Positions 1 through 9,488 of a stretch of 64,000 bases of DNA are shown one piece after another (position 1 is the stretch's first letter; each line of letters opens with the position of its first letter). The stretch lies in assembly GCA_934098385.1 (NCBI GenBank), contig CAKOOJ010000001.1:210685-274684 (forward strand), given 5' to 3'. The translations under genes were made by a program, and so were the position numbers. The notes under the pieces are model-generated. The model had not been told where the DNA came from, did no database searches, and saw only the letters and a list, made by a program, of their open reading frames with translations. The DNA comes from an uncultured Bacilli bacterium (GTDB taxonomy: Bacteria > Bacillota_I > Bacilli_A > RF39 > UBA660).

Positions 1-581
1 AATCTTAATGTTTGATAAACATTATAACTTTTATCATCATTTTCTAATATTATTTTATTTTTTAAATCATCATCTAATATATTAAATATATCTATAAACC
101 TACTTATACTTTTATTTATTCCTCCATTTTTACTTCCTATATGTAATATAATATTATAATTAATTTTAAACATATCCATTACTTTTTTTAAACTATTTAA
201 CATTTTTATACTTTTTATAATAACCTCTTCATTAACACTATTTAGTACACAATATTCATTCTCATGTACATCTACTCTCATATTACTTTCATTAATTAAT
301 TTTCCTATATAAATGAATTTATCTTTATATTTATTTAGATCTATATCATGTATATCTATAAGTGGGATTAAAGATGCTGTCATTCTAAAAAAGTGTATAT
401 TATTTTTTATATTATATTTTATTATTTGTTCTAAATTATATAGATTTTCTTTTATTATATTATCTATCTTTATAGATTTATTATTAGTATCTAATTTATT
501 ATAGTATGTTAATGTTGTTGTTTTACTTGATGTAGTATCTATTATTTTACTTATACATGCATATCCTAATCTTATTTTCAT
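1..581 (-). CDS. uvsE: UV DNA damage endonuclease (UvdE/UvsE), partial; the C-terminus lies beyond the window start
   Basis: Reverse-strand translation from the ATG at ~581 gives MKIRLGYACISK...FFRMTASLIPL...ILHIGSKNGG...IILENDDKSYN. This matches the UvsE family, including the RFGYVS-like N-terminus and the LENDDK motif. The ORF runs off the window, which is why it is absent from the ORF track. Confidence 0.7.
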   Translation of the reverse strand, partial: MKIRLGYACISKIIDTTSSKTTTLTYYNKLDTNNKSIKIDNIIKENLYNLEQIIKYNIKNNIHFFRMTASLIPLIDIHDIDLNKYKDKFIYIGKLINESNMRVDVHENEYCVLNSVNEEVIIKSIKMLNSLKKVMDMFKINYNIILHIGSKNGGINKSISRFIDIFNILDDDLKNKIILENDDKSYNVYQTLR

Positions 582-651
582 ATTTATCACAATATTATTA
601 TGTTTAAAATATATTATTTCATGAAAAAAACTTACTAATTAAAGTAAGTTA

Positions 652-2268
652 TTATAATCTAGTAAATAATGCTTCAATAGTTGGTAAAGATAAGTCTTTT
701 TTTGCTTCTATATAATTCCAAGAAGGTTTATCAATACTTAAATAAGATCTTATTTTTTCTGCAGAAGAAGACATTATTGGTTCAATATAGTTGCTAATAT
801 TTGCTATTATTGTAGAACAAGTATAAATAGTATCATTGAATTTATTAATATCTTCTTTAAATGATATCCATGGTGTTTCTTCGTCATAATATTTATTAAC
901 TCTATCAAGTAAGTTAATTATTATGTTAGCAACTTCTCTAAATTCCATTTTTTCCATATAGAATGTTATATCTTTATATGTTTTTTCTAGTAGTTTTTTC
1001 ATATCTTCATTCATATTTCCATTTGGGATATTTGTTAATCCTTTGAATTTTAATGTTCTATTTATGAAATTACCTAATTTGTTATTTATTTCATTATGAG
1101 TTGCATTATATTCTTCTATTCCAAAGTTTGAATCTCTTTTTTCTGGACCATTTCTAAGCAAATGGAATCTTAGTGTGTCTATGTTAAATTCTTCTGCTGC
1201 TTCTAAAACAGTCATTCCTATTCCTTTACTCTTAGAGAATTTTTGATCGTTGAAATTTAAATATTCACAAGATACTAACATGTCTGGTAATTTGTAATTA
1301 TCTTCTAGTGCTATTAAAAGTCCTGGGAATATTATACTATGGAATGTTATGTTATCTTTACCATGAACCATGTACATAATACTATTTTTATCTTTATCCC
1401 ACCAATTACGGTAATCTAAATTATTTCTGTTACAAAAATCTATAGTTGCTGTTAAATAACCTAATACAGCATCTATCCAAACATACATTTTTTTATCTTC
1501 ATAATTTGGTACTGGAATATCTACTCCCCATGTTAAATCTCTTGTAACAGCTCTATCTGGTAATCCTTCGCTTAAATATTTATTAGTTTCATTTTGAGCA
1601 TTTTTTCTCCATTTTGTTTCATTCTTTTTAACATACTCTTCTATTTTAGGTTGTAATTTAGATAATGCAATGTATAAATTTTTATTGTCTTTTAATATTG
1701 TTTTATTACCACAGTCTAAACATATTGCGCCTTCTAATTCTAATTTTGTGAATACATGTCCACATTCACATTGATCACCTTTTGTTTCGTTTCCACAGTC
1801 AGGACATGTTGTTAATAATTCTCTATCAGCTACAAACTTTTTACATGTTTCGCAGTAATTATCTGGTTCAATTTTTTCGTAAATATAACCTTTATCATAG
1901 ATTTCTTTAAATAATTTTTCAACAGTTTTTTTATGAAATTCGCTTTCTGTTTTAGTATATAAATTATAAGTAAAATTCATTTTCTTAAATGATTCAACAA
2001 ATTCATTATGGTAACGTTCAGCAATACTGTTTGGAGTTACTCCTTCTTTTTTTGCTCTTTCTGTTATTGGTGTACCGTGACAATCACTTCCAGATACGTA
2101 CATTACGTTGTCACCCATTAATCTATGGTAACGAGCAAGAACATCACCTGGTAATTGACTTGCTAAATGTCCTAAATGAAGACTACTATTTGCATAAGGC
2201 CAAGCTCCACCTATCAATATATTTCTTCCGTTTTCATTAATTTTTATATCATTATATATTTCGTTCAT
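652..2268 (-). CDS. metG: methionyl-tRNA synthetase
   Basis: HLGH motif (SSLHLGHLAS), KMSKS-like motif (KFSKSKG), a zinc-knuckle CxxC cluster, and class I aaRS architecture. Confidence 0.95.
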   Translation of the reverse strand: MNEIYNDIKINENGRNILIGGAWPYANSSLHLGHLASQLPGDVLARYHRLMGDNVMYVSGSDCHGTPITERAKKEGVTPNSIAERYHNEFVESFKKMNFTYNLYTKTESEFHKKTVEKLFKEIYDKGYIYEKIEPDNYCETCKKFVADRELLTTCPDCGNETKGDQCECGHVFTKLELEGAICLDCGNKTILKDNKNLYIALSKLQPKIEEYVKKNETKWRKNAQNETNKYLSEGLPDRAVTRDLTWGVDIPVPNYEDKKMYVWIDAVLGYLTATIDFCNRNNLDYRNWWDKDKNSIMYMVHGKDNITFHSIIFPGLLIALEDNYKLPDMLVSCEYLNFNDQKFSKSKGIGMTVLEAAEEFNIDTLRFHLLRNGPEKRDSNFGIEEYNATHNEINNKLGNFINRTLKFKGLTNIPNGNMNEDMKKLLEKTYKDITFYMEKMEFREVANIIINLLDRVNKYYDEETPWISFKEDINKFNDTIYTCSTIIANISNYIEPIMSSSAEKIRSYLSIDKPSWNYIEAKKDLSLPTIEALFTRL

Positions 2269-2358
2269 AAATATTCACCTCAAACTAATTACTATTATAT
2301 TCTATCATATATATGTACTTTTTTACACAATTTTATTTCACATAAGAAAAAAAACTAA

Positions 2359-2990
2359 AAATTTTAGCTTATTTGTTTTTTTCTTTTATTAATTTTTTTG
2401 TTTTTCCTATATCTTGACTATCACCATATTCAATTTCAACATCACTTGTATAAACAATAAATTCAGTATCTAAACCTACATTTTTATAATCTATATCATT
2501 TGGTTCTTTAACTAATAAATCATAAACTATTGATATTTTATTGGAATATACTCCTAATTCTTGATAAATTGATTCTGTGTAACGTTCTTGTTTGGTAGTA
2601 CCACTAGAATATCCTTGTGCTCCGTAATAAGTTCGACTAATAAAATTTTCATTACATCTTTTAATTGCATTTACACCAATATTGTATCTTGTTTTATACC
2701 GTCTACTGCTGAATATCTTGATTTTATTGATGTATCAATATGAACGTTATCGATATAAACTTTGTAATCTTCTGCTAAATTTTTAGTATACACTTTTAAT
2801 CTTAAGAATTTATTACTAATTCTCCATACTTTTTCTTCACCTAGATTACATGTATACTCACATCTTAATTTAAAAGTTTCATTTGGTATATCCAATTCTT
2901 GTTTTAATGTTTGCCTATTTTGACTTCATCATCGTTCAATGTATCGTAATTTCTTTTGGTGCTAGCACAACTATATTAACTTTTCAACTG
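2359..2990 (-). pseudogene. frameshifted gene of unknown function; about 230 codons are recoverable across two frames, with no usable start on the distal frame
   Basis: A 74-aa ORF (2671..2895) stops at TAA. A second frame opening within that ORF's 3' end (~2740) continues for ~125 codons to ~2365 (…GAQGYSSGTTKQERYTESIYQELGVYS…KLIKEKNK) without an ATG. Tandem TGA TGA stops close the upstream frame near 2905. Confidence 0.35.
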
Positions 2991-2997
2991 TCTTTCT

Positions 2998-3594
2998 CTA
3001 TACAATCCATTCAAAATCATTAATATCATATCCTAATTTTTTTAGGTTGTTAAATAATATACTTGGGGATAAACCAAATATAGTATTATAATCACCATTT
3101 ACTTTTTCTAAAAATAAACTTGCTTTTCCTAATATAACATAACCACATCTACTTAAAATATTTTTCTCACTATTAACGTACCAATTTATTTCTTCTTTAC
3201 TAATTTTTTTAAATTTTATATCACATTTATCATAAAAAGATATAATCTTATCTTTATACATATCATAAATTGTTATACCAGTTATTGCAGTAGTTATATT
3301 ACCACTCATATCTTTTAAATTAATATATGCTTCTTCTTTTGTTTTTGGCTTTTCATAAATTTTATTATTATAATAAATAATTGTATCCGCACCTATTATA
3401 ATTCTTTTACTATTTATTTTTTTTCTAACATTCATCACTTTATTTTTAGATAATTCCATTACATATTCTTCTGGTATTTTTTTATCACTATCTTCGTCTA
3501 TATCACTTACAACAACTTCATATTTTAAACCAATCATATTTAATATATCTTTTCTTTGTTTAGAATTAGATGCTAAAACTATTTTATACTTCAT
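2998..3594 (-). CDS. maf: Maf-like nucleoside triphosphate pyrophosphatase (septum formation protein Maf)
   Basis: MKYKIVLASNSKQRKDIL…IIGADTII… is a typical Maf/YhdE family pattern. Confidence 0.85.
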   Translation of the reverse strand: MKYKIVLASNSKQRKDILNMIGLKYEVVVSDIDEDSDKKIPEEYVMELSKNKVMNVRKKINSKRIIIGADTIIYYNNKIYEKPKTKEEAYINLKDMSGNITTAITGITIYDMYKDKIISFYDKCDIKFKKISKEEINWYVNSEKNILSRCGYVILGKASLFLEKVNGDYNTIFGLSPSILFNNLKKLGYDINDFEWIV

Positions 3595-3766
3595 ATCATC
3601 ACCTATGTAATTATAACATAATTTATAAATAATTTTTTTATAATATTTAATTGATTGATATAAATTTATAGAATAACATTGACAAGTAAGTGTAAAGTGT
3701 ATACAAAACTATTGATATTAGAATATAATGTGATTATAATACATTATTGAAAAAAGGAATGATTAT

Positions 3767-4153
3767 ATGAAAACAGACAGAATTTTTATAGGAACCATTA
3801 AAAAAAGTACTTATTTAGAAGATAAAATAAAATTTAATAATTGTGATATAGAAGATGAATTTTCTAGTGTAGATTGTGTTATATATGAAGAATATGGTAG
3901 CAATACATATAAAAAAAAGGCATACTTGTATAAGCTTGATGATGATAAATATATTGATATAGAAAAATTAAGTAATGTTTTAGATTACATTTTGATTAAT
4001 AAAAAGATAAAGTCTAATAGTACACTAATATTGAATACAAAACCAAATGATGAAAATGTTTTATATGTTGATAAAACTACTTTAGTACCATATAAATCAA
4101 GATCTAATAATATATCATTACATCATTTAAAAAAAACATTAAAAACTAAGTAA
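3767..4153 (+). CDS. hypothetical protein
   Basis: 128-aa ORF. A purine-rich stretch (aaaaaaggaatgattat) precedes the ATG. No recognisable motifs. Confidence 0.4.
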   Translation: MKTDRIFIGTIKKSTYLEDKIKFNNCDIEDEFSSVDCVIYEEYGSNTYKKKAYLYKLDDDKYIDIEKLSNVLDYILINKKIKSNSTLILNTKPNDENVLYVDKTTLVPYKSRSNNISLHHLKKTLKTK

Positions 4154-4189
4154 TCATTTTTAATGTTTTTATTTTGTTTGATATTTTAT

Positions 4190-4256
4190 TCCCACAAAAA
4201 TCCCACAATTAAATCTTTATTTTATGTTTGTGGGATTTTTCCCATAATGTATTATT
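4190..4256. terminator. AT-rich 13-bp stem hairpin (AAAAATCCCACAA / TTGTGGGATTTTT); a likely terminator for the 3767..4153 ORF
   Basis: Inverted repeat read directly from the sequence, with a U-rich 3' side. Confidence 0.4.
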
Positions 4257-4267
4257 TTATCAAAAGA

Positions 4268-4300
4268 AAAAGCACGTAATTGTGCTGTTTTTCCAAAAAA
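4268..4300 (-). terminator. rho-independent terminator downstream of tRNA-Leu
   Basis: On the minus strand: AGCAC aattac GTGCT followed by TTTTTCTTTT. Confidence 0.45.
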
Positions 4301-4302
4301 AA

Positions 4303-4389
4303 TGGTACTCCTGGTCGGGCTCGAACCGACATGTTCTTGCGAACACTGGATTTTGAATCCAGCGCGTCTACCAATTCCGCCACAAGAGC
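4303..4389 (-). tRNA. tRNA-Leu (anticodon CAA), a long-variable-arm class II tRNA
   Basis: The reverse complement reads GCTCTTGTGGCGGAATTGGTAGACGC…CTGGATTCAAAATCCAG…GTCGGTTCGAGCCCGAC…CCA. It has a D-loop AATTGGTAGA, a T-loop TTCGAGC, a long variable arm, and anticodon loop TTCAAAA. As read, the acceptor stem contains two G·U pairs. Confidence 0.8.
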
Positions 4390-4431
4390 AAGTACAATAT
4401 GATTATAGCATATATACATACAATTGTGCAA

Positions 4432-5079
4432 TTATTTTATCGTTACTTCTAACATATTTATTAAATCATAAACTTGTGTAGAACTTATTATTGAACCTTT
4501 AATATCATTTGTTGATACTTTTATACCATTAATTTTGTTAGTACTTAAGTCAATTTCTTTTAAACTTGTCATGAATATTTCTATATCAGTCATGTTATTA
4601 TTTATAAAACTAATCTTATTTAATTTAGTATTACATATTCTAGAATTTATCATATTATTATTTTTGAAATCAGTATTTTTTATTTCAGTTTCAAATATAT
4701 TTAACAATGTTGATAAATTATTGTCAAATATTGAATTTTTTATTAAACTATTTGATATATTTAAGCCTAGTATTTTAGAATTTGTTATTGTTATATAATG
4801 TATTCCACTATCATGTATATTAAGATTAGACATGTCACAATTTTTAAATAAGCAGTTTGTTAGAGTTGAATTAAATATTTTTTTATTTAATATACAATTA
4901 TCAAATATACAATCTATAAAGCTAATAGAGTTAATAATATCAAATACTTCATTTTTGTAATATTTATTATAAATTGTTTCTTCTTCTTTATATGTTGATA
5001 ATTCTGTATTAATTTCTTTAAATCCTTTATTCTTCATCTTCTTTATATATGGATGTAAATAGTTCTGTTTCTTTATCAT
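4432..5079 (-). CDS. hypothetical N/I-rich repeat protein, possibly pentapeptide-repeat-like
   Basis: 215-aa ORF with short repeats of the form N(I/L)S/NxL(I/F)KN. Its 5' end overlaps scpB, so the true start is probably the internal Met near 5034. Confidence 0.4.
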   Translation of the reverse strand: MIKKQNYLHPYIKKMKNKGFKEINTELSTYKEEETIYNKYYKNEVFDIINSISFIDCIFDNCILNKKIFNSTLTNCLFKNCDMSNLNIHDSGIHYITITNSKILGLNISNSLIKNSIFDNNLSTLLNIFETEIKNTDFKNNNMINSRICNTKLNKISFINNNMTDIEIFMTSLKEIDLSTNKINGIKVSTNDIKGSIISSTQVYDLINMLEVTIK

Positions 5080-5590
5080 CTATGTCTATTTCCATTTTTG
5101 GTAAATCTTCTATTGTTGCTAGTCCAAAATAATCTAAAAATTCACTGGTTGTTTTATATAGATTTGGTCTACCAGGCATATCAGATTTTCCCGCTTCTTT
5201 TAATAATCCCTTTGCTAATAATTTTCTAAGCGTATGAGTACAAGATACACCTCTTAATTCTTCAATTTCTAATCTTGTTATAGGTTGATGATACGCTACT
5301 ATAGCAAGTACTTCTAATGCTGCTTGACTTAATGTATTAGTTTCTGGATTAACGACCATTTTTTCATAATATTCTTTATGTTCGCTTTTTGTAGTTAATT
5401 TAAAAGCATCTCCTAAATAGGAAATTCTAAGTCCTCGATTTTTTTCTTCATAACTTTTTTTCAAATTTAAAAGCAAATCTTTTGCTTCTGTTTCCGTGAT
5501 ATTCATTATTTGACACAATGTACTAAGATTAATACCTTCATCTCCTTGTACAAATAATATTCCTTCTAATATTCCTAATTTTTCTTCCAT
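5027..5590 (-). CDS. scpB: segregation and condensation protein B
   Basis: ILEGILFVQGDEGINL…AALEVLAIVAYHQPITRLEIEELRGV… is the ScpB winged-helix pattern. It lies directly downstream of scpA. Confidence 0.9.
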   Translation of the reverse strand: MEEKLGILEGILFVQGDEGINLSTLCQIMNITETEAKDLLLNLKKSYEEKNRGLRISYLGDAFKLTTKSEHKEYYEKMVVNPETNTLSQAALEVLAIVAYHQPITRLEIEELRGVSCTHTLRKLLAKGLLKEAGKSDMPGRPNLYKTTSEFLDYFGLATIEDLPKMEIDIDDKETELFTSIYKEDEE

Positions 5591-5594
5591 TTTT

Positions 5595-6308
5595 TCACTT
5601 CTTTTCTAATATAATATCACTAAAATTATTCTTTTGAATTATTTTTATTTCTTCATTTTTACTCATTTCTAAAATAGATAAAAAAGTAACTATAATGTAA
5701 GGTTTAGTATAATTATCAAATAATTCTGTAAATGATACTTTATTTTTTGTTTTAAAAATATTTCTTATTCCTTTTATTCTGTCACCAACACTTAATTCTT
5801 TTTTTGTAATCCTAGTATTTATTGGCTTTTTTAATTTTTCTCTTTCTAAAAACGTATTAAATGCGTTAATTAAATCATCTAATGTTATAGCATTATCTAA
5901 TGGAATATCTTTTTTAAATTCATTTAGATTGGTAGGTAATTTAGTATATACTTCGTTTCTTATACTTTCTAAGTCTTTAAAAGTTCCAGTAATATTTTTT
6001 ATTCTATCATATTCACGTAGTTTTTCTTTTAAATCTTCTTCGTTATTTAATTCATATTCATCATCTTCTTTATCATTATCAATGTTAATTAACATTTTGC
6101 TTTTAATATGAACTAATTCACTAGCCATAACTAAATATTCACTTGCTACATCTATACTTTCGTTTTTCATAGTATTTATAAATTCTAAGTATTGTGTAGT
6201 AATATTATTTAAATTAATAGTTTCTATATCCATTTTATTAATTTTTATTAAATGTAAAAGAAGATCTAATGGTCCTTCAAAATCATTTATGGTAAAATTA
6301 TATGTCAT
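5595..6308 (-). CDS. scpA: segregation and condensation protein A (kleisin)
   Basis: FEGPLDLLLHLIKINKMDI is the ScpA signature. Confidence 0.9.
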   Translation of the reverse strand: MTYNFTINDFEGPLDLLLHLIKINKMDIETINLNNITTQYLEFINTMKNESIDVASEYLVMASELVHIKSKMLINIDNDKEDDEYELNNEEDLKEKLREYDRIKNITGTFKDLESIRNEVYTKLPTNLNEFKKDIPLDNAITLDDLINAFNTFLEREKLKKPINTRITKKELSVGDRIKGIRNIFKTKNKVSFTELFDNYTKPYIIVTFLSILEMSKNEEIKIIQKNNFSDIILEKK

Positions 6309-7252
6309 TTACAATCAAATCCTTTAGCTTTCATATCAAAATTGACTTTATTAACACTAGTATTATAAGTATAATAATTATTATTTATTTTTTTATCATA
6401 TTCTTTTAAATTAACGTTACTTGTAAATTTAAAACCATTTATATCTTCTGTAATAGTACTTTCTATACCACTATCATTTAATTCGTTAGATATTTTATTA
6501 TATTTATCATATTCTTTTAAATAAGTTGTATTGTTACCATTATCTATATAATTATAGTTTTCTTTAATAGTAGTTAATTTATTATTATCAAAAATAAATT
6601 CATATTCATCATTTTCTTTTGTACAAAACATACTAGCAAGTCCACTTTCATCACTTGATAATTTATAGTCTGGATAATCATTTTCTTTATATTCTTTTAT
6701 TATACCTTCTATGTTAACAAGTGATGTTAATTCATTATTAAAAGTGAATGTAATATTATTATCATTAGTAATCTTTATTATTTCTAGTTCTTTATTATTT
6801 TGTTTTAATATTAAATAATATCCATAATTATCTAAATCTATATTCTCTTTATTTACATTAAATGAAATACTAGTATTATTTATATTAAAATTGTTTAAAT
6901 AAAAGCCATTATATTTTATAGTTGTTTTTGCATTAATATAATTAACTTTTGTTTCTTCTTTTTTGTTATCATCTTCTACAATACTTTTTTTAATATAGGA
7001 ATCATGGTTAACAAAAAAATTAACTATTTCCCCATTTTTTATTAAATCTACAATATTATAATCTCCGAAATAATTTGCTATAGTTGGTATGAAAAGTATT
7101 ATAGAACCAACTATTAAAAATATAATTATTACTAATATAGGTTTACTAGCCCCACTTTTTTTTACTTTTCCTAATATAATAGGTTCATTGTTATTCATGT
7201 TAACCCTCTCATTCTCTAAAAAAATTATAACAAAAAAAGAATAATTATTCAA
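6305..7252 (-). CDS. membrane-anchored hypothetical protein, probably the third gene of a scpA–scpB operon
   Basis: N-terminal TM helix (ILVIIIFLIVGSIILFIPTI) followed by an N/K-rich extracellular region. The likely true start is the internal MNNNEPIIL. Confidence 0.5.
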   Translation of the reverse strand: MNNYSFFVIIFLENERVNMNNNEPIILGKVKKSGASKPILVIIIFLIVGSIILFIPTIANYFGDYNIVDLIKNGEIVNFFVNHDSYIKKSIVEDDNKKEETKVNYINAKTTIKYNGFYLNNFNINNTSISFNVNKENIDLDNYGYYLILKQNNKELEIIKITNDNNITFTFNNELTSLVNIEGIIKEYKENDYPDYKLSSDESGLASMFCTKENDEYEFIFDNNKLTTIKENYNYIDNGNNTTYLKEYDKYNKISNELNDSGIESTITEDINGFKFTSNVNLKEYDKKINNNYYTYNTSVNKVNFDMKAKGFDCK

Positions 7253-7266
7253 TTATTCTAGTAGTT

Positions 7267-8028
7267 TTAATAATTATTTTTCTTTTTGCTAAGTATTTTA
7301 ATGCCTTTTTTATCATTATTTCTATTACTATTTAATTCATTCATATATGACTCTAATTTTTCTTTTTGTGTTTTTAAGTAATCTAGTTTTCTGTCTATAT
7401 CATCTAATTTTTTCTCATTATTTTCAAAAGTGTTATTTATTTCCTTTATATCATTTATTATTTCTTTTATTTCTTTATCTATATTTTCTAAATCATCTTT
7501 ATTTTCTAAATACTCTTTTAATATTTTTCTTTGTTCATCATTATTTTTATTTTTTAAATTACCTATAATTTTTTTTATTTCTAACTCTTTAGTTTCTTCA
7601 TTGATGCTATACACAACTGTGTTTAGTTTTCCTTCGTATCTAATTGTTGCAATTTCATTTGTATTTTGATTCATTGTTATAGTTAAGGCATTTAATAAAG
7701 TTGGATTGTTTTCGTAATCTTTTATTTCTTCAATAGTCATTTTTTCTAAAGCATCAAATACTCTTAGTTCATCTAATAATAAATATTTGTTATTAATATA
7801 ATCATTTAAATATTTAAATTGAGTTATTATGTTTAAGAATAAAGGTAATAAGATTGTTGCTCTTACTCTAAGTGTACTGTTTTTATCTAAATCAATTTTT
7901 TTTAAATTATATATATTTATTTTATAATTATTGTCTGCTATATATTTTATTGTATCAAGTGCCATAGATACTTGAAACCCAAGACTTATTAATATTGTTA
8001 AAATGTATAATATAAATATTTGTACCAT
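7267..8028 (-). CDS. hypothetical membrane protein with a C-terminal coiled coil
   Basis: N-terminal TM helix and K/E-rich heptad-like repeats at the C-terminus. Confidence 0.45.
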   Translation of the reverse strand: MVQIFILYILTILISLGFQVSMALDTIKYIADNNYKINIYNLKKIDLDKNSTLRVRATILLPLFLNIITQFKYLNDYINNKYLLLDELRVFDALEKMTIEEIKDYENNPTLLNALTITMNQNTNEIATIRYEGKLNTVVYSINEETKELEIKKIIGNLKNKNNDEQRKILKEYLENKDDLENIDKEIKEIINDIKEINNTFENNEKKLDDIDRKLDYLKTQKEKLESYMNELNSNRNNDKKGIKILSKKKNNY

Positions 8029-8042
8029 AAATTTTTACCTAC

Positions 8043-9446
8043 CTACTCAATTATTCCATCTAGACTAAAAGATTTCGCCTCTGTAATTAATACTTCTTGT
8101 ATAGTACCAATTAAGTTTTTATCACATTTCACATTTACTAATTTCATACTTTCTGTATAACCACATAATTTATTATTGTCTTTGCTACTTATTTCAGTTA
8201 ACAAAACTTTTTGTTTTGTATTAATTAATTTTTTATTGTTTTCTAAAGAATATTTATTTACTAATTCATTTAGTTTTTGTAATCTTTCTTCTTTAACTTT
8301 TAGATCTATAGTATCTTCCATTTTGCTAGCAGGTGTTCCTACGCGTGGTGAAAATATAAATGTAAATGCACTATCATATTTGCAATAATTAACTACGTCC
8401 AATGTATCTTTGAAATCTTCTTCAGTTTCATTAGGAAATCCTACTATAATATCTGTTGTAACTGCAACATCTTTTATTTTGTTTTTTATTTTGTCAAATA
8501 ACTCAATATATTCTTTTTTAGTATAACGTCTTCCCATAAGTTTTAGTATTCTATCACTACCACTTTGTAGAGGTAAATGTATATATGGCATTATATTATC
8601 AAATTTACTTATTACTTCTATCATATCATCTGTAAAATCCCATGGGTGACTTGTAACAAATCTTATTCTATCTATTCCTATTTTACTAACATTTTCTAAT
8701 AATTCTGCAAATGTTAATTCGTTTTCTAAATCTTTTCCATATGCATTAACATTTTGTCCAAGCAATGTTATTTCTTTATAACCATTATCTTTTAAATATT
8801 TTACTTCATTTAATATATCTATACTTTTTCTGCTTCTTTGTTTACCTCTTGTATAAGGAACTATACAATATGTACAAAATTTATCACAACCATACATGAT
8901 ATTAACCCATGCAGTATATTTACTATCTCTTTTGTATAAGTTACCAACCTCGATAACTTCTCCTTCTTTAGAGTACACTTTTATATCAGTTTTATTTAAT
9001 TTATTTTTAAGCATAGTAGGAAGTTCATTTAAGTTATGCGTACCAAAAACAATATCTATGTATTTATGTTTATTAAGTACTTCTTCTATAACATGTTCTT
9101 CTTGAGCCATACATCCACATAGTGCTATTATTAAATCTTTCTTTTCTTTTTTTAAGTGTTTACATCTACCTAAAAATCCAAATACTTTATCATGTGCATT
9201 TTCTCTTATAGCACAAGTGTTTAGTAGTATTAAATCTGCATCTTCCATTACTTCTGTTTCACTATATCCAACACTTTCTAATAAAGCTTTAATTTCTTCA
9301 CTATCATGAACATTCATTTGACATCCATAAGTTCTTATATAGTATTTTTTATCACTAAATAAATCAATATTATCTATATTAAAATATTCATATTTTACTG
9401 GATTTTTACTTCTTTTCTTTGCATTTATCATATTTGGTGTATTCAT
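8043..9446 (-). CDS. miaB: tRNA-i6A37 methylthiotransferase, a radical SAM MiaB-family enzyme
   Basis: N-terminal MTTase cysteines (YGCQMN…CAIRE…CGCMAQ), the radical SAM CxxxCxxC cluster (YGCDKFCTYC), and a C-terminal TRAM domain. Confidence 0.9.
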   Translation of the reverse strand: MNTPNMINAKKRSKNPVKYEYFNIDNIDLFSDKKYYIRTYGCQMNVHDSEEIKALLESVGYSETEVMEDADLILLNTCAIRENAHDKVFGFLGRCKHLKKEKKDLIIALCGCMAQEEHVIEEVLNKHKYIDIVFGTHNLNELPTMLKNKLNKTDIKVYSKEGEVIEVGNLYKRDSKYTAWVNIMYGCDKFCTYCIVPYTRGKQRSRKSIDILNEVKYLKDNGYKEITLLGQNVNAYGKDLENELTFAELLENVSKIGIDRIRFVTSHPWDFTDDMIEVISKFDNIMPYIHLPLQSGSDRILKLMGRRYTKKEYIELFDKIKNKIKDVAVTTDIIVGFPNETEEDFKDTLDVVNYCKYDSAFTFIFSPRVGTPASKMEDTIDLKVKEERLQKLNELVNKYSLENNKKLINTKQKVLLTEISSKDNNKLCGYTESMKLVNVKCDKNLIGTIQEVLITEAKSFSLDGIIE

Positions 9447-9488
9447 AAAATCAACTTCTTTCCAATTCCCACTATTATATCAAATACA

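Noticed and set aside
313-504. 63-aa + strand ORF
   Set aside because: It lies antisense inside the clearly conserved uvsE coding region and has low-complexity composition. It is a chance ORF in AT-rich DNA.
1989-2358. Antisense ORFs within metG (1989..2240 and 2176..2358), and similar antisense ORFs inside miaB, ugtP, the histidine kinase, the ligase, priA, rnr, secY, rplO, rpsE, rplF, rpsZ and rplE
   Set aside because: Each is antisense to a gene with strong conserved-family evidence. Their I/L/F/Y-rich compositions are what reverse-strand reading of AT-rich coding DNA produces.
2269-2400. T-box riboswitch upstream of metG
   Set aside because: MetRS genes in Firmicutes often have T-box leaders. 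The upstream region here is only ~130 nt before the next coding-like sequence. I could not find the conserved T-box motif (AATTAGGGTGGTACCGCG-like) on the minus strand.
4303-4389. tRNA-Leu might be a pseudo-tRNA because the acceptor stem shows G1·U72 and U5·G68 as I read it
   Set aside because: All other cloverleaf elements are canonical: D-loop, anticodon loop, long variable arm, T-loop, CCA. I cannot exclude a 1–2 nt transcription error on my part. I kept it as a functional tRNA, with a note.
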